This document shows, piece after piece, positions 1-9,091 of a stretch of DNA of 64,000 nt. The stretch covers positions 10,625 to 74,624 of the forward strand of contig JAIEQA010000008.1 of assembly GCA_019748095.1 (NCBI GenBank), in the 5' to 3' direction. The position numbers and the translations under genes were made by a program. The notes under the pieces are model-generated. The model saw nothing but the letters and a program-made list of their open reading frames with translations. It made no database searches and had not been told where the DNA came from. Positions within the stretch are counted from its first letter, which is position 1. Each line of letters begins with the position of its first letter. This stretch comes from Caulobacteraceae bacterium (GTDB lineage Bacteria > Pseudomonadota > Alphaproteobacteria > Caulobacterales > Caulobacteraceae).

Positions 1-701
1 TAGGCATCGGGTCCAACTCCAACATCGGCGAGCGCGGGCTTGTAGTGGAGGAGGAGCGGGCGGTGGTGTGGGCCATCGACCGGGAGACCGGTGCGCGCCG
101 GACTGTAGCGACGGGCATCCGCAATCCGACGGCGCTCGCCATCGAGCCCCAGACCAGTGCGCTCTGGGCTGTGGCCAATGAGCGGGATGAGATCGGACCG
201 CAACTGGTGCCCGACTACCTGACCTCGGTACGCGAGGGGGCCTTCTATGGCTGGCCTTACAGCTACTGGGGCCAGAACGTCGATCCGCGCGTCTGGCCGC
301 AGAATCCCGAACTGGTGGCCCGGGCCATCGCGCCTGATTACGCCCTCGGTTCTCACGTTGCGGCGCTGGGCCTTTCGTTCGCGACGGAAGGCGGCTTCGG
401 CGGAGGCTTCAGCCAGGGGGCTTTCATCGGTGAGCACGGCAGCTGGAACCGCTCGGATCTGGCCGGCTACAAGGTGGTCTGGGTGCCATTCTCCGGCGGA
501 CAGCCCGCCGGACCGCCGGTCGATTTCGCGACGGGTTTCCTGACCGGAGACGGTCAGGCGCGGGGCCGACCCGTCGGGGTGGCCTTCGACCCCGTGCGGC
601 GCATCCTGCTGGTCGCGGACGATCTGTCGAACACGCTTTGGCGGATCGCGCCCCGAACCTTGAAGGCCACTGCGCCGACGGTGACCCCGCCGGCGACCTG
701 A
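1..701 (+). CDS. PQQ-dependent sugar (glucose/sorbosone) dehydrogenase family protein, C-terminal part; 5' end outside the window
   Basis: Frame 3 is open from the window edge to the TGA at 699-701 (listed ORF 45..701 begins at an internal GTG). IGSNSNIGERG, GAFYGWPYSYWG and FIGEHGSWNRS resemble the soluble glucose/sorbosone dehydrogenase beta-propeller family. Confidence 0.75.
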   Translation, partial: GIGSNSNIGERGLVVEEERAVVWAIDRETGARRTVATGIRNPTALAIEPQTSALWAVANERDEIGPQLVPDYLTSVREGAFYGWPYSYWGQNVDPRVWPQNPELVARAIAPDYALGSHVAALGLSFATEGGFGGGFSQGAFIGEHGSWNRSDLAGYKVVWVPFSGGQPAGPPVDFATGFLTGDGQARGRPVGVAFDPVRRILLVADDLSNTLWRIAPRTLKATAPTVTPPAT

Positions 702-705
702 ACCG

Positions 706-1980
706 TCAGCCGTAGCGCCGCCTTTTCTCGGCCGAGATCAGGGTGGAGCGCACGAAGTCGGCGGGCGGGTCGGTTTCGGCCAGGACGGCTTCCTTGATGG
801 CGCGGGGCTCGCCGAACAGATGGCCCTGGGCCATGGCGATGTCGAGCTCGAGGATGTCCACGATCTGGCGCTCGCTCTCGCACTTTTCCGCGATGACCTC
901 GATACCGTAGCGGCGGGTCAGCTGGGCGAAGTCGGCGGCCTGGATGTCGCGCAGGGACGGGATGGGCGAACCGCCGTCCAGATCCAGCAGCTGTTCGATC
1001 AGCAGGTCGGCGGCGACCTTGACGAAGCGGACGTCGGAGCGTTGCAGGTCGTTGAAATCCAGATCCAGGGTCTGGACCTTGTCGATCGAGAAGCGGAAGC
1101 CGAGGTCGGCCAGCTTGGCCATGTTGCGGGCCTCGACCGCGCCGCGGGCGTCGAAGGTGGCCTGGCCCAGTTCGAAAATGAGTGCCTCCTTGAGATCGCG
1201 ATTCTCGGACAGGAAGGCGAGGAACTGGGGGAAGAAGGTCTCGTCGCCCAGCGACGACAGGGCGACGTTGCAGAACACCCCGACCTTGCGGTCCTGACGC
1301 GCCAGCCGGCGCACGATCTGGGCGCAGCGGAACAGCAGCAGGTTGTCGATGGCGGGGACCAGGCCTTCGCCTTCCGCGATCGAAAGATACTCGGCCGGCA
1401 TCATGACGCGGTCGGTCGAATCGCGCAGGCGGGTGAAGCTCTCGTAGAAGATGGTCCGGCGCTGGGGCAGGGTGACGACGGGCTGGAGATAAAGGTCGAC
1501 CCGGTTCTCGCTCAGCGCATCGTGGACGGTCTTGAGCAGCAGGTTGGACTGGTGGTGGCGGCGGGCCTCGACGCTGTCGGGGGCGACCATGGGGGTGACC
1601 GACAGGCGCTGGTCGATGGAGAGACTCATCTGCTGGATGAGGTCTTCGAGGATGCGGACCTCGCCGGTCAGCTCCTCGGTGCGGCTGAGCGCGCCGCTCT
1701 CGATGGCGGTGGCCAGGTCGCCGAGCGCCGTCTGGGTCTGTTCCATGGCGTCGGCCAGGAGGCGGTGGGCCTCACGCACGCCGGCGATTTCGGCGCGCAG
1801 CGCCTTGCGCTCGGTCAGGCCGGTGAAGATGGCATGGGCCGCCCCCAGCAGGCCGAGCACACCGAAGGTCGCCGCGACGCCCGGCCCGATGCCGAGCCCC
1901 GCCCGCCACAGGAAGGCGCCCGCCGTCATCGCCAGGAAGACGTAGCCGAAGAACAGAAAACCGTTGGTCAGTGCACGCAT
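706..1980 (-). CDS. Membrane-anchored EAL-domain protein (c-di-GMP phosphodiesterase family, possibly degenerate)
   Basis: 424-aa ORF with two N-terminal hydrophobic helices, a coiled-coil-like linker and a C-terminal EAL-type domain (QPVVTL..YESFTRLR, CNVAL, IFELGQ, VKVAADLL, IAEKCE, AQGHLFGEP). The usual DDFGTG position reads SIDKVQ. Confidence 0.8.
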   Translation of the reverse strand: MRALTNGFLFFGYVFLAMTAGAFLWRAGLGIGPGVAATFGVLGLLGAAHAIFTGLTERKALRAEIAGVREAHRLLADAMEQTQTALGDLATAIESGALSRTEELTGEVRILEDLIQQMSLSIDQRLSVTPMVAPDSVEARRHHQSNLLLKTVHDALSENRVDLYLQPVVTLPQRRTIFYESFTRLRDSTDRVMMPAEYLSIAEGEGLVPAIDNLLLFRCAQIVRRLARQDRKVGVFCNVALSSLGDETFFPQFLAFLSENRDLKEALIFELGQATFDARGAVEARNMAKLADLGFRFSIDKVQTLDLDFNDLQRSDVRFVKVAADLLIEQLLDLDGGSPIPSLRDIQAADFAQLTRRYGIEVIAEKCESERQIVDILELDIAMAQGHLFGEPRAIKEAVLAETDPPADFVRSTLISAEKRRRYG

Positions 1981-2090
1981 GGGAACGGCTTGGTCCGTCT
2001 TCCCGGATGGAATCGGCCGAGTATCGGGGTATCAGGGCCAAACAGCTAGGGTGTGCCGGGAAGAAAGCACACCGATTTCAGGGGATACGC

Positions 2091-2861
2091 ATGGAACTGT
2101 TCGATCTGACCGGCAAGGTCGCTGTCATCACGGGCTCGTCGAGGGGCATTGGCAAGGCCATCGCCGAGCGCATGGCCGAGCATGGGGCCCGGGTGGTCAT
2201 CTCGTCGCGCAAGGCGGGGCCGTGCGAGGAGGTCGCTGCGGAAATCAACGGCCGCTACGGCGAAGGCCGCGCCATCGCCATCCCGGCCAATATCGGAGCG
2301 AAGGAGGATCTGCAGCGTCTGGTCGACGAGACCAATGCCGCCTTCGGGCAGATCGACATCCTGGTCTGCAATGCCGCGTCCAATCCCTATGCGGGGCCGA
2401 TGGCGGGCATTGCCGACGAGCAGTTCGAGAAGATTTTCCACAACAATGTGCTGGCCAACCACTGGCTGACCCAGATGGTCGCCCCCCAGATGCTGGAGCG
2501 CAAGGACGGGGCGATCGTGATCATCTCGTCGATCGGCGGCCTGCGCGGCAATGCCCTGATCGGGGCCTACAACGTCTCCAAGGCGGCCGACATGCAGCTG
2601 GCGCGCAATCTGGCGGTCGAGTGGGGGCCATCGAACGTGCGGGTCAACTGTATCGCGCCCGGCCTGATCCAGACCGATTTCGCCCGCTATCTGTGGGAGA
2701 ATGAGGAGGTGCTGAAGGTGACGGTCGAGCCCAATCCGATGAAGCGGATCGGCCAGCCGGACGAAATCGCGGGCACGGCCGTCTATCTGTGTTCCAAGGC
2801 GGGCTCCTATGTGAACGGCCAGACCCTGGTGGTGGACGGCGGACTGACGATTGCCTGGTGA
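2091..2861 (+). CDS. SDR family oxidoreductase
   Basis: Start reset to ATG 2091 (MELFDLTGKVAVITGSSRGIGKAI, TGxxxGIG Rossmann motif). Also CNAAS and catalytic YNVSKAA (YxxxK). The upstream part of listed ORF 1971..2861 is not SDR-like. Confidence 0.9.
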   Translation: MELFDLTGKVAVITGSSRGIGKAIAERMAEHGARVVISSRKAGPCEEVAAEINGRYGEGRAIAIPANIGAKEDLQRLVDETNAAFGQIDILVCNAASNPYAGPMAGIADEQFEKIFHNNVLANHWLTQMVAPQMLERKDGAIVIISSIGGLRGNALIGAYNVSKAADMQLARNLAVEWGPSNVRVNCIAPGLIQTDFARYLWENEEVLKVTVEPNPMKRIGQPDEIAGTAVYLCSKAGSYVNGQTLVVDGGLTIAW

Positions 2862-3810
2862 TGATCACAAGCCGGTCAGCCTGCGTCAGGACCTGATCTG
2901 GCGGCTGGAGGCCGTGGCGTTCGCGGGCTTCATCGGCCTGATGCGGCTGCTGGGCGTCGAGTGGGCATCGGCTCTGGGGGGCTGGCTGCTGCGGACGCTG
3001 GGGCCGCGCACGGGGACGCATCGGACGGTGCGCAAGAATCTGCGGATCGCCTTTCCGGACATGGACCCGGGCGAGCGCGAGCGGCTGGCGGTCGATCAGT
3101 GGGAGCAGACCGGGCGAACGTTCGCCGAAACGGCCGTTATGGATCGACTGGCCGCCCAGGGGCGGATCGAGGTGGTCGGAGCCGAGCGGCTGGAGGCCAT
3201 CCGGCTGTCGGGGCGGCCGGTCGTGTTCGTCGGCGGCCATTTTGCAAATATCGAGTGCCTGGGTCAGACGATCGTCAACTCGGGCATCCCATCGCAGATC
3301 ACCTACCGCGCGGCGAACAACCCCTATGTCGACGCCCAGATCCGGGACGCGCGGGCGCGTTACGGCGTGAAACTGTTCGCGCCCAAGGGCGGGGACGGCG
3401 CGCGCGAACTGCTGGCCGGCATGGCGCGGGGCGAGAGCGTGGCCCTGATGAACGACCAGAAATTTTCGGAGGGGCCGGAGGTTCTGTTTTTCGGCCAGCC
3501 GGTGAATGCGGCCCCCGGACCCAGCCGCCTGGCGTTGCGGTTCGGAACCGTGCTCCAGCCCCTGTCGGTGGTGCGGCTGCCGGGCGTGCGGTTCCGGGTC
3601 ACGGCGTATGAACCGATTGTACTGGAGGCCACGGGGGACCGTTCGGGCGATATCGCGCGCGGCGTCCAGGCCATCACGGCCTTTATCGAGGCACGGGTGC
3701 GCGAGCATCCGGTCGACTGGTTCTGGGTCCACAAGCGGTGGCCGGACCGGGTCTATGCGGCGCTGGATCCCGGCCCTGAGATTTCGGCACCCGCCGCCGT
3801 CCCGCGCTGA
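2851..3810 (+). CDS. Lipid A biosynthesis lauroyl/myristoyl acyltransferase family protein (LpxL/HtrB-like)
   Basis: 319-aa ORF with a TTG start overlapping the SDR stop. N-terminal hydrophobic segment and GGHFANIE (HX4D/E acyltransferase motif). Length and layout fit the LpxL family. Start codon uncertain. Confidence 0.7.
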   Translation: MPGDDHKPVSLRQDLIWRLEAVAFAGFIGLMRLLGVEWASALGGWLLRTLGPRTGTHRTVRKNLRIAFPDMDPGERERLAVDQWEQTGRTFAETAVMDRLAAQGRIEVVGAERLEAIRLSGRPVVFVGGHFANIECLGQTIVNSGIPSQITYRAANNPYVDAQIRDARARYGVKLFAPKGGDGARELLAGMARGESVALMNDQKFSEGPEVLFFGQPVNAAPGPSRLALRFGTVLQPLSVVRLPGVRFRVTAYEPIVLEATGDRSGDIARGVQAITAFIEARVREHPVDWFWVHKRWPDRVYAALDPGPEISAPAAVPR

Positions 3811-4292
3811 TCGGAATTGCGCCGCCAGGGGCCGCTATAGCCCTCCGGCGTGGAGCGGCGGCGATCCGGCCCGAAATAGGTGTCGGTCTGGATGAAGGCG
3901 CGGGGACGCAGGATGATGGCCTGGATCCGCTCGAAAATCGCCCGGGCGGTCACAGGCTTGACCACGAATTCGGTCACGCCGGCGTCGCGCGCCTCGGTGA
4001 CGCGGCTGCGTTCGGAATGGCCGGTCATCATGATGATCGGCAGATAGGGATTGACGCTGTCGGGGCTGTTGCGGACCAGCCGGGTGAATTCCACGCCGTC
4101 CATCGGCGACATGTTGAAATCGACGATGGCCAGATCGATCGGATACTCGCGAAGGGCCGTCAGGGCCATGGCGCCGTCGGACACCTCGCGGGTCCGCCGG
4201 ATTCCTGCCGACTTCAGGATCGCGACCGTGATCGCCCGCATGTGCGAGTTGTCGTCGATCACGAGAACATTGAGCGCGTGGAGAGCTGACAT
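3753..4292 (-). CDS. Single-domain response regulator (CheY-like receiver) with a C-terminal tail
   Basis: VLVIDDNSHMR, phospho-acceptor context DLAIVDFNMSPMDG, MMTG, VVKP. Tail contains YFGPDRRR. The 3' end overlaps the convergent acyltransferase gene by 58 nt. Confidence 0.85.
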   Translation of the reverse strand: MSALHALNVLVIDDNSHMRAITVAILKSAGIRRTREVSDGAMALTALREYPIDLAIVDFNMSPMDGVEFTRLVRNSPDSVNPYLPIIMMTGHSERSRVTEARDAGVTEFVVKPVTARAIFERIQAIILRPRAFIQTDTYFGPDRRRSTPEGYSGPWRRNSDQRGTAAGAEISGPGSSAA

Positions 4293-4396
4293 GACCGAAG
4301 AACGCCGGTGCCGCCTCCGCGGGCGGTCAAGAGCGAGACCCTAGGGTCAAACCGCAGCCGGGTCCATGCCGTCGATAACGGTGCGACCCGGGAAAT

Positions 4397-5242
4397 TCAT
4401 GCGGGAGCCGACTGTCCGATCATCAGCGACGGATCGAGGTTCCGGTCGCGCCAGCGCAGGCGCCAGCACAGATGCGGGCCGGTGGCGCGGCCGGTCATCC
4501 CGACCCGGCCGATGACCTCACCCCGAGTGACCCTCTGACCTGCAAGCACGTCGATCCGGGACTGGTGCAGGCAGGCGGTGATCAGCCCCTGGCCGTGGTC
4601 GATCAGGGTCAGGCCGCCCTCGAAATGCAGGCCGGAGCGGGCGAGGGTGACGAGGCCGTCGCCGGGCGCGCGGATCGGGGTGCCGGCCGGGGCTGCGAGG
4701 TCGATGCCATAGTGGGGGCGGGCCGGGGTTCCGTTCAGGACGCGCTGGGCCCCCCAGGCGCTGCTGACCCGGAAGGTCTCCAGCGGCCAGATGAAGCCGT
4801 TGCCGAAGTCGTCGGTGTCGACCCGGCTGGCGAAGCCCTCGGCCTTCAGCGCGCTCTCCTGCCGGATCCGCTCCAGCAGGGCCGGATCAGTGGGTTCCAC
4901 GGTTGAGGGGGGAAGGCCGTCTATCCGGGTCGAGGCGAACTGGCCCGGACGGACCGGCACCCGGCGACCGGCTGTACGGCGGCGGTCCCGCACCTCGAGC
5001 TCGACCGAGGTCGGGGCATCCCGGTCAAAACCGACGACGAACAGTCCGGCCGCCGAGGCGGTGGTCAGGGCCTCGCCGTCGACGAAAACGAGGGCCCGCG
5101 GCCAGGTTCGACCCATGGCGAAACCGCCCTGGACGAAAGTCCCGCTGAGGACGAACCCGTCCTGCTGCGCCGTCGCCGGAGTCGTTGCAGTCAGGGATGC
5201 GGCACCGGCCCCGAGGATCAGGGCGCGCCGCGTGGAGATCAC
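4397..5242 (-). CDS. M23 family metallopeptidase (Tat-type signal)
   Basis: Start reset to GTG 5242, giving VISTRRALILGAGAASLTATTPATAQ (twin-arginine-like signal) and a GTGA overlap with the DUF2093 stop. C-terminal HYGIDLAAPAGTPIRAP..GLIT..LHQS..GMTGRATGPHLCW fits M23/LytM. Confidence 0.85.
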   Translation of the reverse strand: MISTRRALILGAGAASLTATTPATAQQDGFVLSGTFVQGGFAMGRTWPRALVFVDGEALTTASAAGLFVVGFDRDAPTSVELEVRDRRRTAGRRVPVRPGQFASTRIDGLPPSTVEPTDPALLERIRQESALKAEGFASRVDTDDFGNGFIWPLETFRVSSAWGAQRVLNGTPARPHYGIDLAAPAGTPIRAPGDGLVTLARSGLHFEGGLTLIDHGQGLITACLHQSRIDVLAGQRVTRGEVIGRVGMTGRATGPHLCWRLRWRDRNLDPSLMIGQSAPA

Positions 5243-5433
5243 GCCTCGACCATCCGGGTCAGGGCCTCGGCCGGGCCGGCATAGGCCTCCTGCCGCTCGG
5301 CCGACCAGTAGCGCAGGGTGTCCAAGGGGATGCCCCGGCCGCTGACGGCGCACAGGACGAAGGGACCGGGCTTGAGAACGGCGAACTCGCCGTCGCCATA
5401 GTGAAGGGTCGCGGGGGTCGGGACTGTGGTCAT
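5239..5433 (-). CDS. DUF2093 domain-containing protein
   Basis: 64-aa ORF. ATLHYGDGEFAVLKPGPFVLCAVSGRGIPLDTLRYWSAERQEAY matches my recollection of the alphaproteobacterial DUF2093 family, commonly next to xseA. Confidence 0.75.
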   Translation of the reverse strand: MTTVPTPATLHYGDGEFAVLKPGPFVLCAVSGRGIPLDTLRYWSAERQEAYAGPAEALTRMVEA

Positions 5434-5461
5434 GGCAGACAGGATAGCGGGAGACGATAGG

Positions 5462-7057
5462 TCAGAACAGGTCGCCCTGTGACACGATTGCGGCTTTGGG
5501 CTTGTGGACAGGCTTCGGCCGGGCGGGGCCTTCGCCCTCGATCTGCGCGCCCCGCGATCCGTCCGGGAAGACGAGGGTGACGGACTGACCGGGGGACAGG
5601 GCGGCAGCGGAGGCGATCATGGTGCCGGTTTCGTCGTCGATGCGGGCGAAGCCGGCCCTGGGCCGTTTGGGGTCAAGGGTGGCCAGCGCCCGGGCGAGGG
5701 CAGCGAGGCGGGTGGTGGCGCGTTCCGCGATCAGGGGGCGTACCCGCTCGAACCTCGCTGACAGAGCGGTCAGGTCGATCTTGCGTTGGTCCTGGCGTCG
5801 TTGGATCGGGGCAAGGCTGAGCCGGCCGGCGACACGCAGCAGGCGGCGTTCATGGGCGGCGGCATTGGCCCCGAGCCCCGAGGCCAGTCGGGCGGACCAG
5901 GCCTCCAGCCGCGCCACCCTCTGTTCGACCGCGCGGTCCAGCAGGGCCGGGGCGAAGCGGCCGCCGACTGCGATCAGCCGGCGGTGGTGAAGTTCGGTGT
6001 TGCGGCTGAGGCCCGAGGCCAGACGGCTGGAGGCGTGGTCCAGCCTTTGCTGGGCGAGGGCGACCAGCTCCTCGGGGCGGGCCGGAAGGCCCCGGGCGAC
6101 GGCGCGCAGGCGGACGCGGCGGTCCTCCAGCAACCGGGCCCCGGCGCGGTCGAGGCGACGCTCCAGATCGGCGACGAAGGCGCGCAGGTCGGGCAGAACG
6201 GGGGTGGCAAGCTCGGCCGCCCCGGTGGGGGTGGGGGCGCGGCGGTCGGAGACGAAATCGATCAGGGTGGTGTCGGTCTCGTGCCCCACGGCCGAGAGGA
6301 TCGGGATCCGCGCGGCGGCGACCGTGCGGGCCAGGCCTTCGTCATTGAAGCACCACAGGTCCTCGACCGAGCCGCCGCCGCGCGCGACGATCAGCAGGTC
6401 GGGGCGCGGAATGGGCCCGTCGGGCGTCAGGGCGTCGAAGCCCCGGATGGCGGCCGAGACCTGGCCCGCGGCGGCGTCGCCCTGGACGACGACGGGCCAG
6501 ACGATGACGCGGCAGGGCCAGCGCTCGGCGATCCGGTGCAGGATGTCGCGGATGACCGCGCCGGTCGGGCTGGTGATCACCCCGATGGTGCGGGGATAGA
6601 GGGGCAGGGGGGTCTTGCGGGCGGCATCGAACAACCCCTCGCCCGACAATTTGACCTTGAGCCGCTCCAGCTGGGCCAGCAGGGCCCCGGCCCCAGCCGC
6701 CTCCATCGATTCGATCACGATCTGGTAGCTGGACCGGGCCGGGTAGGAGGTGATCTTGCCGGTGACGATGACCTCCAGCCCCGTCTCGGGCTGGACGCCG
6801 AGGCCGCGGGCGGAGCCCTTCCAGACCACGCCGTCGATCGCCGACTTGTCGTCCTTGAGCGTCAGATAGATGTGGCCCGAGGCGTGGCGGTTGACCTTGG
6901 AGATCTCGCCGCGCAGCCGGACATGGCCGAACCGGTCCTCCAGCGTGCGCTTGAGGGCGAACGACAGTTCCGAGATGGACAGGGGCGGGTTGTTGTCGCG
7001 CGGGGGCGCGGCCGGTTCCGGGTCGGCGGGGCCCGCGAAGACATAGTCGTCAGTCAT
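5462..7057 (-). CDS. xseA: Exodeoxyribonuclease VII large subunit
   Basis: 531-aa ORF. N-terminal OB fold ([44 protein letters not shown]), catalytic core ([41 protein letters not shown]) and a long helical C-terminus. Confidence 0.95.
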   Translation of the reverse strand: MTDDYVFAGPADPEPAAPPRDNNPPLSISELSFALKRTLEDRFGHVRLRGEISKVNRHASGHIYLTLKDDKSAIDGVVWKGSARGLGVQPETGLEVIVTGKITSYPARSSYQIVIESMEAAGAGALLAQLERLKVKLSGEGLFDAARKTPLPLYPRTIGVITSPTGAVIRDILHRIAERWPCRVIVWPVVVQGDAAAGQVSAAIRGFDALTPDGPIPRPDLLIVARGGGSVEDLWCFNDEGLARTVAAARIPILSAVGHETDTTLIDFVSDRRAPTPTGAAELATPVLPDLRAFVADLERRLDRAGARLLEDRRVRLRAVARGLPARPEELVALAQQRLDHASSRLASGLSRNTELHHRRLIAVGGRFAPALLDRAVEQRVARLEAWSARLASGLGANAAAHERRLLRVAGRLSLAPIQRRQDQRKIDLTALSARFERVRPLIAERATTRLAALARALATLDPKRPRAGFARIDDETGTMIASAAALSPGQSVTLVFPDGSRGAQIEGEGPARPKPVHKPKAAIVSQGDLF

Positions 7058-7122
7058 CGGGGCACTGTAGCGGGCGAGGGGGCGTGCGGAAACCGCCGCA
7101 ATGAGGCTATACCGGTCGGATC

Positions 7123-7278
7123 ATGACCGATGAACGCACGCCGCCCCGCGATGACGAGGACCCCCGCGAGCGCGATCTGGCACGCCGGGGCCGGGCCCCC
7201 GGCGGGAACCCCTGGATGATCGTAATCCTGATCGTGCTGCTGGCCGCAGCGGTTTATACGGCGTCGGCCCTGCTCTGA
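7123..7278 (+). CDS. Hypothetical small membrane protein (51 aa; below the ORF-track size cutoff)
   Basis: ATG 7123 to TGA 7276-7278 in the xseA-purD spacer. Charged N-terminus followed by one hydrophobic helix (WMIVILIVLLAAAVYTASALL). G/C-rich third positions. No homology recognised. Confidence 0.3.
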   Translation: MTDERTPPRDDEDPRERDLARRGRAPGGNPWMIVILIVLLAAAVYTASALL

Positions 7279-7326
7279 CCGCCGGCGGGTCTTGACCCAC
7301 CGGGTTCGCGCCGTCATTGCGCGGGC

Positions 7327-8604
7327 ATGGATATCCTGCTGGTAGGGTCGGGCGGCCGTGAGCATGCCCTCGCCTGGAAAATGCGTCAGTCGCCGCTGGT
7401 CGACCGGCTGTTCTGTGCGCCCGGCAATCCCGGCATCGCCCGGGTGGCCGAATGTCTGCCGGACGTCCGGGCGGATGACGCCGAGGGGCTGGCCAAACTG
7501 GCGCGGGAGCTGAAGGTCGGGCTGGTCGTGGTCGGGCCGGAAGTGGCGCTGCAGGCCGGGCTGGCCGATCTGCTGAACGCGGCCGGCATTCCCTGCTTCG
7601 GGCCCAGCGCCAAGGCGGCGCAGTTGGAGACCTCCAAGGCCTTTTCCAAGGCGTTTCTGGCCCGCCACGAAATTCCGACGGCCCACTACGGTGTCTATGA
7701 CCGGGTGGCGGATGCCCGGGCGGCGCTGGACGTGTTCCGGCCGCCCTATGTGATCAAGGCCGACGGGCTGGCGGCCGGCAAGGGGGTGGCGATCAGCCCG
7801 GACCGGGCCGATGCCGAGGCCGAGATCGAGCGGATGCTGGGCGGCCGGTTCGGCGCGGCCGGAGCCCGGGTCGTCATCGAGGAGTTCATGGAGGGCGAGG
7901 AGGGCTCGCTGTTCGCCCTGTGCGATGGCCAGCGTGCCGTCCTGTTCGGCGGGGCCCAGGACCACAAGCGGGCCTTCGACGGGGACCTGGGCCCGAACAC
8001 GGGCGGCATGGGGGCCTATTCACCCGCACCGGTGTTCGACGAGGCCCTGGTCACGGCGGCCGACCGTGACATCGTGCAACCGACCCTGAAGGCGATGGCC
8101 GCCGAGGGCGCGCCCTATCGCGGCGTGCTCTACGCCGGGCTGATGGCCACGGCCGAGGGGCCCAAGGTGGTGGAGTTCAACGCCCGCTTCGGCGACCCGG
8201 AATGCCAGGTGCTGATGATGCGGATGGCGGGGGACATCGTGCCCTATCTGCTGGCCTGTGCCCGGGGCGATGTCTCGCGCCTGCCGGCCCCGGAGTTCCG
8301 GCCCGAGACGGTGATCTGTGTGGTCATGGCGGCGCGGGGCTATCCCGACAGCCCGATCGAGGGCTCGATCATCCGCGGGGCGGATCAGGATTTCGGACCC
8401 GATGTGCAGGTCTTCCATGCCGGCACCCGGCGACGGGATGACGGGACGCTGGTGGCCGCCGGGGGACGGGTGCTGAGCGTCTGCGCGGCCGGAGCCGATA
8501 TCGTCGAGGCGCGCGAGCGGGCCTATGCGGCGGTGCGCAAGATCGACTGGCCGGGCGGGTTCAACCGGACCGACATCGGCTGGCGGGCGCTGGAGAGGGA
8601 TTGA
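7327..8604 (+). CDS. purD: Phosphoribosylamine--glycine ligase
   Basis: MDILLVGSGGREHALAWKM N-terminus, ATP-grasp core and a full-length 425-aa match to PurD architecture. Confidence 0.97.
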   Translation: MDILLVGSGGREHALAWKMRQSPLVDRLFCAPGNPGIARVAECLPDVRADDAEGLAKLARELKVGLVVVGPEVALQAGLADLLNAAGIPCFGPSAKAAQLETSKAFSKAFLARHEIPTAHYGVYDRVADARAALDVFRPPYVIKADGLAAGKGVAISPDRADAEAEIERMLGGRFGAAGARVVIEEFMEGEEGSLFALCDGQRAVLFGGAQDHKRAFDGDLGPNTGGMGAYSPAPVFDEALVTAADRDIVQPTLKAMAAEGAPYRGVLYAGLMATAEGPKVVEFNARFGDPECQVLMMRMAGDIVPYLLACARGDVSRLPAPEFRPETVICVVMAARGYPDSPIEGSIIRGADQDFGPDVQVFHAGTRRRDDGTLVAAGGRVLSVCAAGADIVEARERAYAAVRKIDWPGGFNRTDIGWRALERD

Positions 8605-8625
8605 GGGTTGTGATAGGGTTCCGCC

Positions 8626-8826
8626 ATGGGAAAGCCTGCGGTTGAACCTGAAGACGACGAGCCTAGGATCTTCGATATCCCGGATGAGGCGGCCGATGAG
8701 GCCGCGACGCTGCGTGGCATCGCGGATTTCAAGGCCGGTCGAACGGTGAGCCATGATGCCGTGATGCGTTGGGTCGCCTCATGGGGAACGGCCATTCCGC
8801 TGCCGAGACCAAAGTGGGGCGAGTAG
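8626..8826 (+). CDS. Short type II antitoxin (ParD/CopG-associated C-terminal type) paired with a ParE-like toxin
   Basis: 66 aa. The C-terminal FKAGRTVSHDAVMRWVASWGT..PLPRP resembles the toxin-neutralising tail of antitoxins partnered with ParE/RelE toxins. No ribbon-helix-helix N-domain is present. The stop overlaps the toxin GTG start by 13 nt. Confidence 0.6.
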   Translation: MGKPAVEPEDDEPRIFDIPDEAADEAATLRGIADFKAGRTVSHDAVMRWVASWGTAIPLPRPKWGE

Positions 8827-9088
8827 TCTGGTCCGACGAGGCGCTGGACGATCTTGAGCGCATCGGACGCTACATCGCGGAGTTCAACCCGGCTGCTGCA
8901 GGGCGCTTGCTGATCAAGCTGAGGGCAGCCGGCGAAGCATTGACCGAACATCCTGACCGGGGTCGGCCGCCTTCGCGGGAACCCGCGAACTGACGACTGT
9001 GAGCCCCTACGTGATCCGATACTGGGTCGAAGGTGACGAGGTCGTCATCGCCCATGTCCGCCATGGAGCCCAGCGCCCCGAACGCTGA
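8814..9088 (+). pseudogene. RelE/ParE family toxin gene interrupted by a single-nucleotide frameshift
   Basis: Frame A (GTG 8814) gives VVWSDEALDDLERIGRYIAEFNPAAAGRLLIKLRAAGEALTEHPDRGRP, then a stop at 8991-8993. Frame B continues AAFAGTRELTTVSPYVIRYWVEGDEVVIAHVRHGAQRPER with a stop at 9086-9088. Joined, they give a typical ~91-aa ParE. The frame switch must lie within 8957-8971. Confidence 0.7.
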
Positions 9089-9091
9089 GGC

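Noticed and set aside
820-2049. Long ORFs antisense or out of frame to recognised genes. Examples: 820..2049(+), 5786..7126(+), 7054..7965(-), 17524..19077(+), 22574..23935(-), 24770..26230(+), 27831..29519(+), 32719..34803(-), 36312..38399(+), 44067..45527(-), 48309..49766(+), 56623..57795(-), 58357..59385(-), 62200..63324(+).
   Set aside because: Their products are Arg/Gly/Pro/Ala/Asp-rich low-complexity strings with no recognisable motifs. Each fully overlaps a gene with clear family signatures on the other strand or frame. Stop-free shadow frames are expected in DNA this GC-rich.
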